From Candidatus Krumholzibacteriia bacterium (GTDB lineage: Bacteria > Krumholzibacteriota > Krumholzibacteriia > LZORAL124-64-63), in contig JAWOID010000063.1 of the NCBI GenBank assembly GCA_046484865.1, positions 32,001 to 96,000 on the forward strand: a stretch of DNA of 64,000 nucleotides, written 5' to 3'. The position numbers and the translations under genes were made by a program. Positions 49,253 to 57,697 of this stretch are shown piece after piece. Under the pieces are notes generated by a model that worked only from the letters and a program-made list of their open reading frames with translations, was not told the origin of the DNA and did no database searches. The first letter of the stretch is position 1, and the number at the start of each line of letters is the position of its first letter.

Positions 49253-50723
49253 GGGTTCTCTCCAGGTCGCGGGCCGCCTGCTCGACGGCCGCGATGATCG
49301 GATGGTAGCCGGTGCAGCGGCAGAGCGTGCCGCTGAGGGCGCACTGGATCTCCTGCCGCGTGGGCTGCGGGTTGCGGTCGAGCAGGGCGCGCGCGGCCAT
49401 CAGCATGCCCGGCGTGCAGAAGCCGCAGGCCACGGCGTCCTGATCGAGGAACGCCCGCTGCAGGGGGTGCAGGCCGGTCCCGTCCGGCGCCACGGCGGCG
49501 GCGAGGCCCTCCACCGTCGTCACCCGGCGGCCGGCGACCTGGCCGATCAGGAGCAGGCAGCTGCAGGCCGTCTCGCCGTCCAGGATCACCGTGCAGGCGC
49601 CGCATTCGCCGATCTCGCAGCCGCACTTGGTGCCGGTCAGCAGCAGCTCGTCGCGCAGCACCTGCAGCAGCGTCGCCTGTGGCGGGGCCGTCACATGCAC
49701 GAGCCGGCCGTTGAGGACGAAGGCGACTCCCGCGTCGTGGCCGCTCCCCGGACGCAGAGAGGAGACGGCGGGGTCACCGGGCGCCGGCGGCCGCACGCCG
49801 GCCGGCGGGAACGGCCGCTCCGGGAGAGACGATGGCGTCCCTCGCCCGATCGCGGCCTCGATGCTCTCCGCTGCCGCCTGCAGGGCGCGCTCCAGCAGGC
49901 TGGCCGCCACCGGCTCCTTGTACGGCGTGGACCAGCGGCGGCCGGTGATCCGCACCATCTCCTCGGCGAGCCGGCGGCCGGCAGCGGCCATCACCGTGGG
50001 CTCGACGATCTGCCCGTCCAGCAACTCCTCGACGGCCGGGAACCGGCAGGGCGTCGGCACCACCGAGCCCGCCGCCACCCGCACGTCCGCGAACCGGCCG
50101 CCGTCGTCCCGACGGAAGCGCACGGCCACGCTCATGCGCGACACGGCGAGCGCGTTCCTGCGCCCGAGCTTCACGAATGCCGTGCCCGTGCCGGCGGCAG
50201 GGCGGGGGAACGTCACGGCCACCAGGATCTCGTCCGCCTCGAGCGCCGTGCGGTACGGAGCGAGGAGGGCGGCGTCCAGCGGCACCCGGCGCTCGCCGCG
50301 CACGGAGCGCAGCACGAGCTGGGCGTCGAGGGCGATCAGGGGCGGCGCCGTGTCCGCGCACGGCGACGCGTTGACCAGGTTGCCGCCGAGGGTGCCGCGG
50401 TGGCGGATCTGGGGCGAGCCCACGGCGGCGCAGGCGTCCGCGAGCAGCGGCACCGCGACGCGCAGCGCGGGGTGATCGGCGATCTGCGCATGCGTGGCCA
50501 GGGCTCCCAGCACGACGGCGTCGTCACCGACCGCGATCTGCGCCAGATCGGCCAGCTGTCCCAAGTCGATCACTTCGATCGGCGGTGCGCTGGCGGGTTC
50601 CTGGCGCAGGGCGATCAGCAGGTCCGTGCCGCCGGCCAGCAGGCGAGCATCCGGGCCCAGCTCGGCCTTCAGCGCGAGGGCCTCGCCGATCGAGGCGGGC
50701 GTGTGGTGGATCACCCGGCGCAC
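49236..50723 (-). CDS. xanthine dehydrogenase family fused FAD-binding + [2Fe-2S] subunit (FAD first)
   Basis: AGGTDL, IRHRGTLGGN, SPCAD, then GCEIGECGAC, CGFCTPG, LCRCTGY at the C-terminus. Confidence 0.92.
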   Translation of the reverse strand: MRRVIHHTPASIGEALALKAELGPDARLLAGGTDLLIALRQEPASAPPIEVIDLGQLADLAQIAVGDDAVVLGALATHAQIADHPALRVAVPLLADACAAVGSPQIRHRGTLGGNLVNASPCADTAPPLIALDAQLVLRSVRGERRVPLDAALLAPYRTALEADEILVAVTFPRPAAGTGTAFVKLGRRNALAVSRMSVAVRFRRDDGGRFADVRVAAGSVVPTPCRFPAVEELLDGQIVEPTVMAAAGRRLAEEMVRITGRRWSTPYKEPVAASLLERALQAAAESIEAAIGRGTPSSLPERPFPPAGVRPPAPGDPAVSSLRPGSGHDAGVAFVLNGRLVHVTAPPQATLLQVLRDELLLTGTKCGCEIGECGACTVILDGETACSCLLLIGQVAGRRVTTVEGLAAAVAPDGTGLHPLQRAFLDQDAVACGFCTPGMLMAARALLDRNPQPTRQEIQCALSGTLCRCTGYHPIIAAVEQAARDLERTRGTAT

Positions 50724-53200
50724 GGCTTGCCTCCGGACTTCGGCGCGGCGGCCAGCGCGGCCGCCCGCCGCGTGGGTCGCGCAAGCGGCGCGCCGAGCAG
50801 GACGGACTCGAGGTCGGCGGGCAGGGAGCGCACGCGCTGTCCGGTGGCGTGCGCAACGGCGTTGGCGATGGCCGGGGCGGCGATCTCGGTGGCCGGCTCG
50901 CCGACGCTCTTGGCCCCGAAGGGCCCGGCGGGATCGGGGTTCTCGACGATGACGACGTCGATGTCCGGCAGGTCCATGGCGGTGGGCAGCAGGTACTCGT
51001 CGAAGTTGTGCGTCGCGGGCACGCCCTCGTGCTGCAGGTACTGCTCGAGCACGCCGTAGCCCATGCCCATCACCACGCCGCCGTACACCTGGCTGCGGAC
51101 CATGGCGGGCGAGATGGCGCGGCCCACGTCGTGCACGGCCACCACGCGCAGCACGTCGACCTTGCCGGTGGCCGTGTCCACCTCCACCTCGGCCACGTTG
51201 GCGCCGTAGACAAAGGTGAAGTAGGCGTCGCCGCGGCCGGTCTTCTCGTTCCAGGTCGTCGGCTCGCCCTTGTGCCAGCCGAAGCCCAGCAGCGGCCGGC
51301 CCAGGGCGAAGGCGCGGGCCGCCACCTCGGCGAACGGCACCGTGTCGGCGCCGCCGGCAGCGGCAGGGCGTTCGCCGCCGGCCGTCCGGAAGAAGCGTCC
51401 GCCGCGGCAGCGGACCTCGTTCGCCGGCGCGCGGAGCATCTCGGCCGCCACCTCGTCGAGGATCTGTCGCACCTGCACGGCGGCCTTGCGCACCGCCTGT
51501 CCGCCCATGACGGTGGAGCGACTGGCCACGGTGGGACCCGAGTCGGGCACGCGGCCGGTGTGCACGTCGAAGAACTTCACCCGCGTCACGTCGATGCCGA
51601 GCACCTCGGCGGCGATCAACGACATCGTGGTCGCCACGCCTTGACCCATGTCCGTCAGCCCGATGCTCACCAGCACGGAGCCGTCGGTCTGCACCGAGAC
51701 GATGGCGCCGGCAGCGTCGACGCCTTCGGCGCCGAGGCTCACACCCCGGTAGGAGCACGCCAGCCCGAGGCCGCGGCGGCGCGCGTCGCCCGACCGTGAA
51801 CGCTCGGCGTTCGCCGCGGCGAGCGCCGAGCGCCGCTCCGCCCAGCCGCTGCGTTCCTCGGCCAGCTCGAGCACCTGGGCGAGCGAAACACCCGGCGGCA
51901 GCGCCTGCCCCGTGGCCGTCACCGCGCCCTCGCGGAAGATGTTGCGGCGCCGCAGCTCGAGCGGGTCGAGATCGAGTGCCGCGGCCAGCTCGTCCATCAG
52001 CGACTCGATGGCGAAGTTCACCTGGGGCGAGCCGAAGCCGCGCATGGCCCCGGTGTAGACGTTGTTGGTGAAGGCGGCCACCACCTCCACGTCCACGTTC
52101 TCGCAGGCGTAGGGTCCGGTGGCCTGCACCGCCGAGCGCCAGGTGACGAACGGCGAGGTGGCGGTGTACGCGCCGGCGTCGGCGACGATGCGCGCGTGGA
52201 CAGCGGTCAGCCGGCCGTCCCGGCTCGCTCCCACCCGGTAGTGCAGCACGTAGGGATGGCGCTTGTACGACTCGGCCAGCGACTCCTCGCGCGTGTTCAC
52301 CAGCTTCACCGGCCGGCCGGTCATCTGCGCGAGCAGCGCGGCCCGGCAGGCCATCTGCGACATCACCTCGTCCTTACCGCCGAACGATCCGCCCATCGTC
52401 GCGTGCTCGACCGTCACCCGTGCCAGGTCGAGCTGCAGGATCTCGCCCAGGGCCCGGCGGGTGGTGAAGATGTTCTGGATCGACCCGATGATCCGGATGC
52501 CGCCGTCCGGAGTGACCTCGGCGAGCACCGCCTCGGGCTCCAGGTAGGCATGCTCGATGGCCTGGGTCCGGTACGTGCGCTCAAGGACCAGCTCGGCGGC
52601 GGCCAGGGCCGCGTTCGCGTCGCCCTGCCGCACGTGATGGCGGGCGCAGAGGTTGGCGCGCGGGTCGCGGTCGTCGTCGGACGGGCCGCCGTCGCCGGCG
52701 TCTGCGCCGTGCTCGCCCCGTCCGTCGTGCGCCGCGGCGCCGGCGCTGTGGCCGCCGCCGGGCTCATGAACCAGGGGCGCGTCCGGCGCGAGGGCGGCCT
52801 CGGGATCGAAGATGGGCGGCAGATCCTCGTACTCCACGCGGATCGCCGCCGCCGCCGTCGCGGCCTGCTCGGGCGTGTCGGCCGCCACCGCGGCCACGCC
52901 GTCGCCCCAGTGGCGCACGCGGTCCCAGGCCAGCACGGGAATGTCCCTGACGATGCCGCCGAAGGTGCGTGCGGCGGGCAGGTCGGCGCCCGTGAGCACG
53001 GCGCGGACGCCCGGCAGCGCCAGGGCGGCACCGGTGTCGATGGTGAGGATGCGGGCGTGTGGCCGCCGCGCCCGCAGCACCGCGCCGAACAGCATGCCCG
53101 GGGCGCGCAGGTCGGCCCCGAAGCGGGCGCTGCCGGTCACCTTTCCCAGGGCATCCACGCGCCAGTGCGGCCGGCCGATGGTGTCGTGTTCGTGCGGCAT
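50711..53200 (-). CDS. xanthine dehydrogenase family molybdopterin-binding subunit (copy B)
   Basis: DALGKVTG, EHAYLEPE, GGSFGGKD, AMRGFGSPQ, DMGQG, DSGPTVASR, AKSVGE. Confidence 0.95.
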   Translation of the reverse strand: MPHEHDTIGRPHWRVDALGKVTGSARFGADLRAPGMLFGAVLRARRPHARILTIDTGAALALPGVRAVLTGADLPAARTFGGIVRDIPVLAWDRVRHWGDGVAAVAADTPEQAATAAAAIRVEYEDLPPIFDPEAALAPDAPLVHEPGGGHSAGAAAHDGRGEHGADAGDGGPSDDDRDPRANLCARHHVRQGDANAALAAAELVLERTYRTQAIEHAYLEPEAVLAEVTPDGGIRIIGSIQNIFTTRRALGEILQLDLARVTVEHATMGGSFGGKDEVMSQMACRAALLAQMTGRPVKLVNTREESLAESYKRHPYVLHYRVGASRDGRLTAVHARIVADAGAYTATSPFVTWRSAVQATGPYACENVDVEVVAAFTNNVYTGAMRGFGSPQVNFAIESLMDELAAALDLDPLELRRRNIFREGAVTATGQALPPGVSLAQVLELAEERSGWAERRSALAAANAERSRSGDARRRGLGLACSYRGVSLGAEGVDAAGAIVSVQTDGSVLVSIGLTDMGQGVATTMSLIAAEVLGIDVTRVKFFDVHTGRVPDSGPTVASRSTVMGGQAVRKAAVQVRQILDEVAAEMLRAPANEVRCRGGRFFRTAGGERPAAAGGADTVPFAEVAARAFALGRPLLGFGWHKGEPTTWNEKTGRGDAYFTFVYGANVAEVEVDTATGKVDVLRVVAVHDVGRAISPAMVRSQVYGGVVMGMGYGVLEQYLQHEGVPATHNFDEYLLPTAMDLPDIDVVIVENPDPAGPFGAKSVGEPATEIAAPAIANAVAHATGQRVRSLPADLESVLLGAPLARPTRRAAALAAAPKSGGKPCAG

Positions 53201-53225
53201 GGTCTCTTCCATCCGGTGGTCGCCA

Positions 53226-53254
53226 ATGGTGCCCGATCGCCGGGCCGCTGACAA
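53226..53254 (-). promoter_or_regulatory. possible sigma70 promoter TTGTCA-N17-CACCAT for the 9-gene catabolic operon
   Basis: Good -35 and 17-bp spacer, weak -10, ending 25 bp upstream of the ATG. Confidence 0.3.
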
Positions 53255-53317
53255 GGCGGTTTGTCCGGCACACGGTTGCGGCGAGGTGGACACGCCGAAC
53301 TGGTCCGACGACTCCCG

Positions 53318-53353
53318 AAAAGACGAGGCCCCGCTCCCTGGGGGAGCGGGGCC
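53318..53353 (-). terminator. intrinsic terminator of the RNA-binding protein gene
   Basis: 12-bp perfect stem GGCCCCGCTCCC/GGGAGCGGGGCC (53327-53353) followed by TCGTCTTTT on the minus strand. Confidence 0.8.
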
Positions 53354-53400
53354 CGTTTCATCCGGTCACCGGGTCGAGAGACCCGCCGCCCGACGGCAGA

Positions 53401-53667
53401 CTACCAGCCGCTACGGCGCGGCTCGCGCGGGCGTGCCTCGTTGACGTTCAGGGCCCGGCCATCGACCTGCCTGGTGTTCACGGCCTCGATGGCGCGCATG
53501 GCGGCCGAATCGTCCTCCATCTCCACGAACCCGAAGCCGCGCGAGCGGCCGGTCTCACGGTCGAGGACGACGGTGGCGCTGGCGACCTCGCCGTGCTCGG
53601 CGAAGAGGTCCTTCAGCTCCTGGTCCGACATGTTCCAGCTGAGGTTGCCCACGTAGATCTTCTTCAA
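53401..53667 (-). CDS. RRM-domain RNA-binding protein
   Basis: RNP2 IYVGNL, RNP1 RGFGFVEM, VNEARPR; TTG start after AGGAAG. Confidence 0.95.
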   Translation of the reverse strand: MKKIYVGNLSWNMSDQELKDLFAEHGEVASATVVLDRETGRSRGFGFVEMEDDSAAMRAIEAVNTRQVDGRALNVNEARPREPRRSGW

Positions 53668-53963
53668 ATGATCACTTCCTTGAACCATGGAGACCGGCGT
53701 CGTATCCAGGAATCGGTTCTGCTCGCCGGGCTCCCAAAAACGGGACTGGCGTGGTCGCCAGCCCGCGCGCCACGTTAACCGCTCACCGTGAAAGCGCAAG
53801 GTCCATCTGAAAACCGCTCGCGGTGGATCGACCGTCGTGTCGAGTTCCCGTCCGGATCGAGGTGCACGCCGCCGGGCCGTGTCGCGGGCGAGACTGCTGC
53901 CGGGTGACGGGAATCGTCTTATCTTGCAGTCATCCCTGCTCCGCCGGGAAGAATGGAGAGCCG

Positions 53964-55433
53964 GTGAAGGTCCTGCTGGTCGAGCCGCGGACTCCCGATA
54001 CGTTCTGGAGTCTGCGCCACGCGCTTCGCTTCGTCGGCAAGCGCGCTGCGAACCCCCCGCTGGGGGCGCTGACGGTGGCCGGGCTGCTGCCGACGTCGTG
54101 GCAGTGCCGTCTCGTCGATCTGAACGTCCGCGACCTGGACGATGCGACCATCGCCTGGGCCGACTACGTGCTGGTGAGCGCGATGCTGGTCCAGCGCTCC
54201 TCGGTGCTGGAGGTCGTGCGTCGCTGCCGGGCGGCCGGCAAGCCGGTGATCGGCGGCGGCCCGCTCTTCGGCGCCGAAGCGGAGAACCTGGATGTCGATC
54301 ACGTCGTGGTGGGGGAGGCGGAGGAGATCGCCGAGGAACTGGTCGCCGACATGGAGTGCGGTACGGTCAAGCCGCTGTACACCGCGCCCCGGTTCCCCGA
54401 CCTCTCCCTGACGCCTTTGCCGCGCTGGGACCTCGTCGACCTGGACGACTACGCGACGATGTCCGTGCAATCGTGCCGCGGGTGTCCGTTCGACTGCGAG
54501 TTCTGCGACGTGGTCGCCCTGAACGGCCGCCGGCCGCGCACCAAGTCGCCCGACCGGTTCCTGGCCGAACTGGACGCCCTGCGAGCGAGAGGCTGGCGGG
54601 GTCCGGTGTTCGTCGTGGACGACAACTTCGTGGGCCACCGCCGGCGCTGCCTCGAACTGCTGCGCGCGATGATCGACTGGCGCCGCCGGACGGGCACGCG
54701 CATGACGTTTCTGACCGAAGCCTCCGTCGACATGGCCGAGGACCCCGAACTCCTGGAGTTGATGGTAGCGGCCGGTTTCAAGAAGGTCTTCCTCGGTCTG
54801 GAGACACCCAGCGCCGCGAGCCTGCGGGAGTGCCGCAAGCTGCAGAACCTGCGCGGCGATCTGGTCGCGGCCGTCCACACGATCCAGGCCGCGGGGATCG
54901 AGGTCATGGGCGGCTTCATCGTGGGCTTCGACAACGACGGGCCCGACATCTTCGAGCGCCAGTTCGAGTTCATCCAGAACGCCGGCGTGGTCACCGCGAT
55001 GGTGGGGCTGCTGCAGGCGTTGCCGCGCAGCCGTCTCTACCGGCGGCTGGCCGCGGAGGGAAGGCTGCGCGGCGACAGCGCCGGCGACAACACCGAGGCG
55101 TCCTTCAACTTCGAGCCGTGCCTCGATCGCGAGTTCCTGATCGACGGCTACCGTCGGCTGGTCCAGCGCCTCTACGAACCCGACCCGTTCTACAGTCGCG
55201 TACGGACGTTCCTTCAGACCCACCATCCCTCGGGACCGCGGCCGACCGTCAGCAGGGCCGATCTCGAGGCCGTGCTGAGGTCGCTGTGGGTCATGGGCGT
55301 GGTCCATCGCGGTCGCCGTGCCTACTGGCGCCTGCTCGCCACGGTCCTGCTGCGGCAACCCGGTCACATCGGCATCGCCGTCACGCTCGCCATCATGGGC
55401 CATCATTTCCGGGAGACGGCGAAGGTGATCTGA
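53964..55433 (+). CDS. B12-binding radical SAM protein (DUF4070-type)
   Basis: PPLG, GGP, GEAE, RGCPFDCEFC, VDDN, GFIVGFD. Confidence 0.92.
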   Translation: MKVLLVEPRTPDTFWSLRHALRFVGKRAANPPLGALTVAGLLPTSWQCRLVDLNVRDLDDATIAWADYVLVSAMLVQRSSVLEVVRRCRAAGKPVIGGGPLFGAEAENLDVDHVVVGEAEEIAEELVADMECGTVKPLYTAPRFPDLSLTPLPRWDLVDLDDYATMSVQSCRGCPFDCEFCDVVALNGRRPRTKSPDRFLAELDALRARGWRGPVFVVDDNFVGHRRRCLELLRAMIDWRRRTGTRMTFLTEASVDMAEDPELLELMVAAGFKKVFLGLETPSAASLRECRKLQNLRGDLVAAVHTIQAAGIEVMGGFIVGFDNDGPDIFERQFEFIQNAGVVTAMVGLLQALPRSRLYRRLAAEGRLRGDSAGDNTEASFNFEPCLDREFLIDGYRRLVQRLYEPDPFYSRVRTFLQTHHPSGPRPTVSRADLEAVLRSLWVMGVVHRGRRAYWRLLATVLLRQPGHIGIAVTLAIMGHHFRETAKVI

Positions 55434-55522
55434 GCCCGACGGCTCCGGTCACGACGCGAACTCCTGCCGCCCGTGAGGCGACCGCCGGGGCCGATATGCT
55501 ACTTGAACGATTGGAGTTGAGG

Positions 55523-56917
55523 GTGAGCGAACTCATCGACAACAGCCGGCAACGCGTGGAGACGCTCAAGGAGGTCATCCGGGGGCTCCACGAGGGCGCC
55601 GATCCGGCCGTGGTCAAGCAGCGGCTGAAGGACCTGGTGCAGGCCACCACGAGCGAGGAGATCGTGGCCATGGAAGCCCAGCTCATGGAGGAGGGCATGA
55701 CGGTCGAGGAGATCAAGGCCATGTGCGACCTCCACTCGCAGGTCACGGCCGAGTTGCTGGGCGATCGCCTCGAGACCACCACCGCCGGCCATCCCCACGA
55801 CAGCTTCCGCCGCGAGAACGAGGCCATCGCCGCGGCCGCCGACCGCATGCAGCAGGTCCTCGACGAGCTGGACGAGATGCCGGCGGAGAGGGCCGATCGC
55901 GACCTGGAGCCTCTGCTCGACCGCTGGCGCCGGACGCTGGAGGATCTGCTTGAGGTCGAGAAGCACTACGCCCGCAAGGAGAACCTCCTCTTCGCCTATC
56001 TCGAACGGCACGGCGTCACGGGTCCCTCGAAGGTCATGTGGGGCAAGGACGACGACATCCGGGCCATGTTGCGAGCGCTGCGCGAGGCCCTCACCGAGCA
56101 AGACGCCGGGGCGGACGAGTGGCGTCTGGTGGCGCAGCAGGTGGCCCGGCCGCTGCTCGACCAGATCCGCGAGATGATCCACAAGGAGGAGCGCATCCTG
56201 CTGCCGCTGAGCCTGCGCAAGCTGACGCCCGCGCAGTGGGGAGCGATCCACGTGCAGTCGCCCCGGTTCGGCTGGTGCCTGGTGGAGCCCGGCACGGATT
56301 ACACGCCCCCGCCCGAGACCGAGGCCGAACTGACACGCACCGCCGCCGAGACGGCCGGCGATCCGGCGGCGGGCAGCGGTGAGCAGGACGGGACTTCCGG
56401 CGCCGCCGGCGATGCTGCTGCCGGCGATGCTGCTGCCGGCGATGCTGCTGCCGCCGCCGCCTTCTCCGGCGCCGCCGCCGCCGCGCCCGCCGCGCACGTC
56501 CCGCTACGGGTCGGAGTCGGGACGCTGACGCTCGCGCAGTTGCGCGGCCTCGTGCGTGTTCTGCCGGTGGACCTGACCTTCGTCGACGCCGACGACCGGG
56601 TCGTCTTCTTCTCCGAGGGCGACCGGGTGTTCGAGCGGCCGCCGGCGATCATCGGCCGGCAGGTGCAGAACTGCCATCCGCCGGCCAGCGTCGACACCGT
56701 GGAGCGCATCCTGGACGACTTCAAGGCGGGCCGTGAGTCGGCGGCCGAGTTCTGGATCGAGTTGCGCGGGCGCTTCGTGCACATCCGCTACTTCGCGGTG
56801 CGCGACGACGGCGGCGGCTACCTGGGCACGCTCGAGGTCACCCAGGACCTGACGCCGCTGCGCGCCCTGGCCGGCGAGCGGCGTCTGCTGCAGTACGACG
56901 AGGAGCCGCACGGATGA
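55523..56917 (+). CDS. DUF438-type protein (hemerythrin-like + C-terminal PAS)
   Basis: MCDLHS, GHP..FRREN, HYARKENLLF, VMWGKDD, HKEERIL, then PVDLTFVDADD...GRQVQNCHPP...LEVTQD. Confidence 0.88.
   Translation: MSELIDNSRQRVETLKEVIRGLHEGADPAVVKQRLKDLVQATTSEEIVAMEAQLMEEGMTVEEIKAMCDLHSQVTAELLGDRLETTTAGHPHDSFRRENEAIAAAADRMQQVLDELDEMPAERADRDLEPLLDRWRRTLEDLLEVEKHYARKENLLFAYLERHGVTGPSKVMWGKDDDIRAMLRALREALTEQDAGADEWRLVAQQVARPLLDQIREMIHKEERILLPLSLRKLTPAQWGAIHVQSPRFGWCLVEPGTDYTPPPETEAELTRTAAETAGDPAAGSGEQDGTSGAAGDAAAGDAAAGDAAAAAAFSGAAAAAPAAHVPLRVGVGTLTLAQLRGLVRVLPVDLTFVDADDRVVFFSEGDRVFERPPAIIGRQVQNCHPPASVDTVERILDDFKAGRESAAEFWIELRGRFVHIRYFAVRDDGGGYLGTLEVTQDLTPLRALAGERRLLQYDEEPHG
56405..56449. repeat. 15-bp in-frame tandem repeat x3 (AGDAA)
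   Basis: GCCGGCGATGCTGCT three times, read directly. Confidence 0.9.
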
Positions 56918-57564
56918 GCATCACCATCGATGCCGAGACGCGGGTAGGCGATCTCCTGCGCGCGCATCCCGAGCTGGAGGAGGTGCTCATCGCCCAGGCG
57001 CCAGCCTTCGCGAAGCTGCGCAACCCGGTCCTGCGGCGGACGGTGGCGAAGGTGGCCACGCTGCGAGCCGCGGCCCAGATGGCGGGCGTCGACGTGGAGG
57101 CGCTGGTGCGGGTGCTGCGGCAGGCGGCGGCAGAGATCACGGCTACGCCGGACCCGGCGCCGGGGGTGGTGGGGGGCGAGGAGGCAGATTCGCGGACCGC
57201 CGATCGGGTCGAAGAGCGGAGGGCCGCCGGCCCGCCCGCCGGGTCACCCGCCGGGCCACCCGCGTGGCCGCCCGCCCGGCCGGACCCGTCGGAACTCGGC
57301 CCGACGGCGGCTCCGCCTGCGTGGGCTCGCGATGAGCCGGTCGAGGTTCTCCACGTCGACGACATGCTCGCGCGTGGCGAGCATCCACTCGGCCGCGTCC
57401 AGAAACTCCTGCGCGGTGTGGCCCCGGACCGGTACATCCTGCTGCGCAGCAGCTTCCGTCCCGAGCCGCTGATCGAGGCGGTCGGCGAAGCCGGCCACGA
57501 GACGCACTGCCGCGCCGTGGGACCCGACGACTGGGAGACCTACCTGCGCGCCGGCCGGCCGTGA
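56914..57564 (+). CDS. DUF1858/DUF2249-type protein
   Basis: TRVGDLL..HPEL...PAFAKLRNPVLR; C-terminal GEHP...F.PEPL; ATGA coupling. Confidence 0.78.
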   Translation: MSITIDAETRVGDLLRAHPELEEVLIAQAPAFAKLRNPVLRRTVAKVATLRAAAQMAGVDVEALVRVLRQAAAEITATPDPAPGVVGGEEADSRTADRVEERRAAGPPAGSPAGPPAWPPARPDPSELGPTAAPPAWARDEPVEVLHVDDMLARGEHPLGRVQKLLRGVAPDRYILLRSSFRPEPLIEAVGEAGHETHCRAVGPDDWETYLRAGRP

Positions 57565-57575
57565 GCGCCGCGATC

Positions 57576-57608
57576 GGGAGGCGCCGGAACGATGTCCCGA
57601 CGCCTCCC
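57576..57608. terminator. GC-rich hairpin between convergent genes
   Basis: GGGAGGCG...CGCCTCCC stem with an extended inner pairing; no U-tract. Confidence 0.45.
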
Positions 57609-57633
57609 TCGCCCGAGCGACCGCCGTCTCGGT

Positions 57634-57668
57634 CGCGAGCCGCGAGTCGCGACTCGTGAGCCGTGAGC
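57634..57668. repeat. heptamer tandem repeat CG(C/T)GA(G/C)(C/T) x5
   Basis: CGCGAGC CGCGAGT CGCGACT CGTGAGC CGTGAGC. Confidence 0.8.
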
Positions 57669-57697
57669 CCCGTCGACAGCGCGAACCTACCCGGCCG

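Noticed and set aside
39895..51758. Apparent long fusions in the ORF track (732, 830, 862 and 840 aa)
   Set aside because: The upstream extensions overlap the preceding genes in another frame. True starts lie at or near the preceding stop codons.
29466..53200. Selenocysteine recoding in the XDH/Yge locus
   Set aside because: All called CDSs read through without an internal TGA, and no sel or yqeB/yqeC genes are in the window.
53837..56917. Apparent 1026-aa ORF spanning the radical SAM and DUF438 genes
   Set aside because: The N-terminal half is an off-frame shadow of the radical SAM gene. The real protein begins at GTG 55523 after GGAG.
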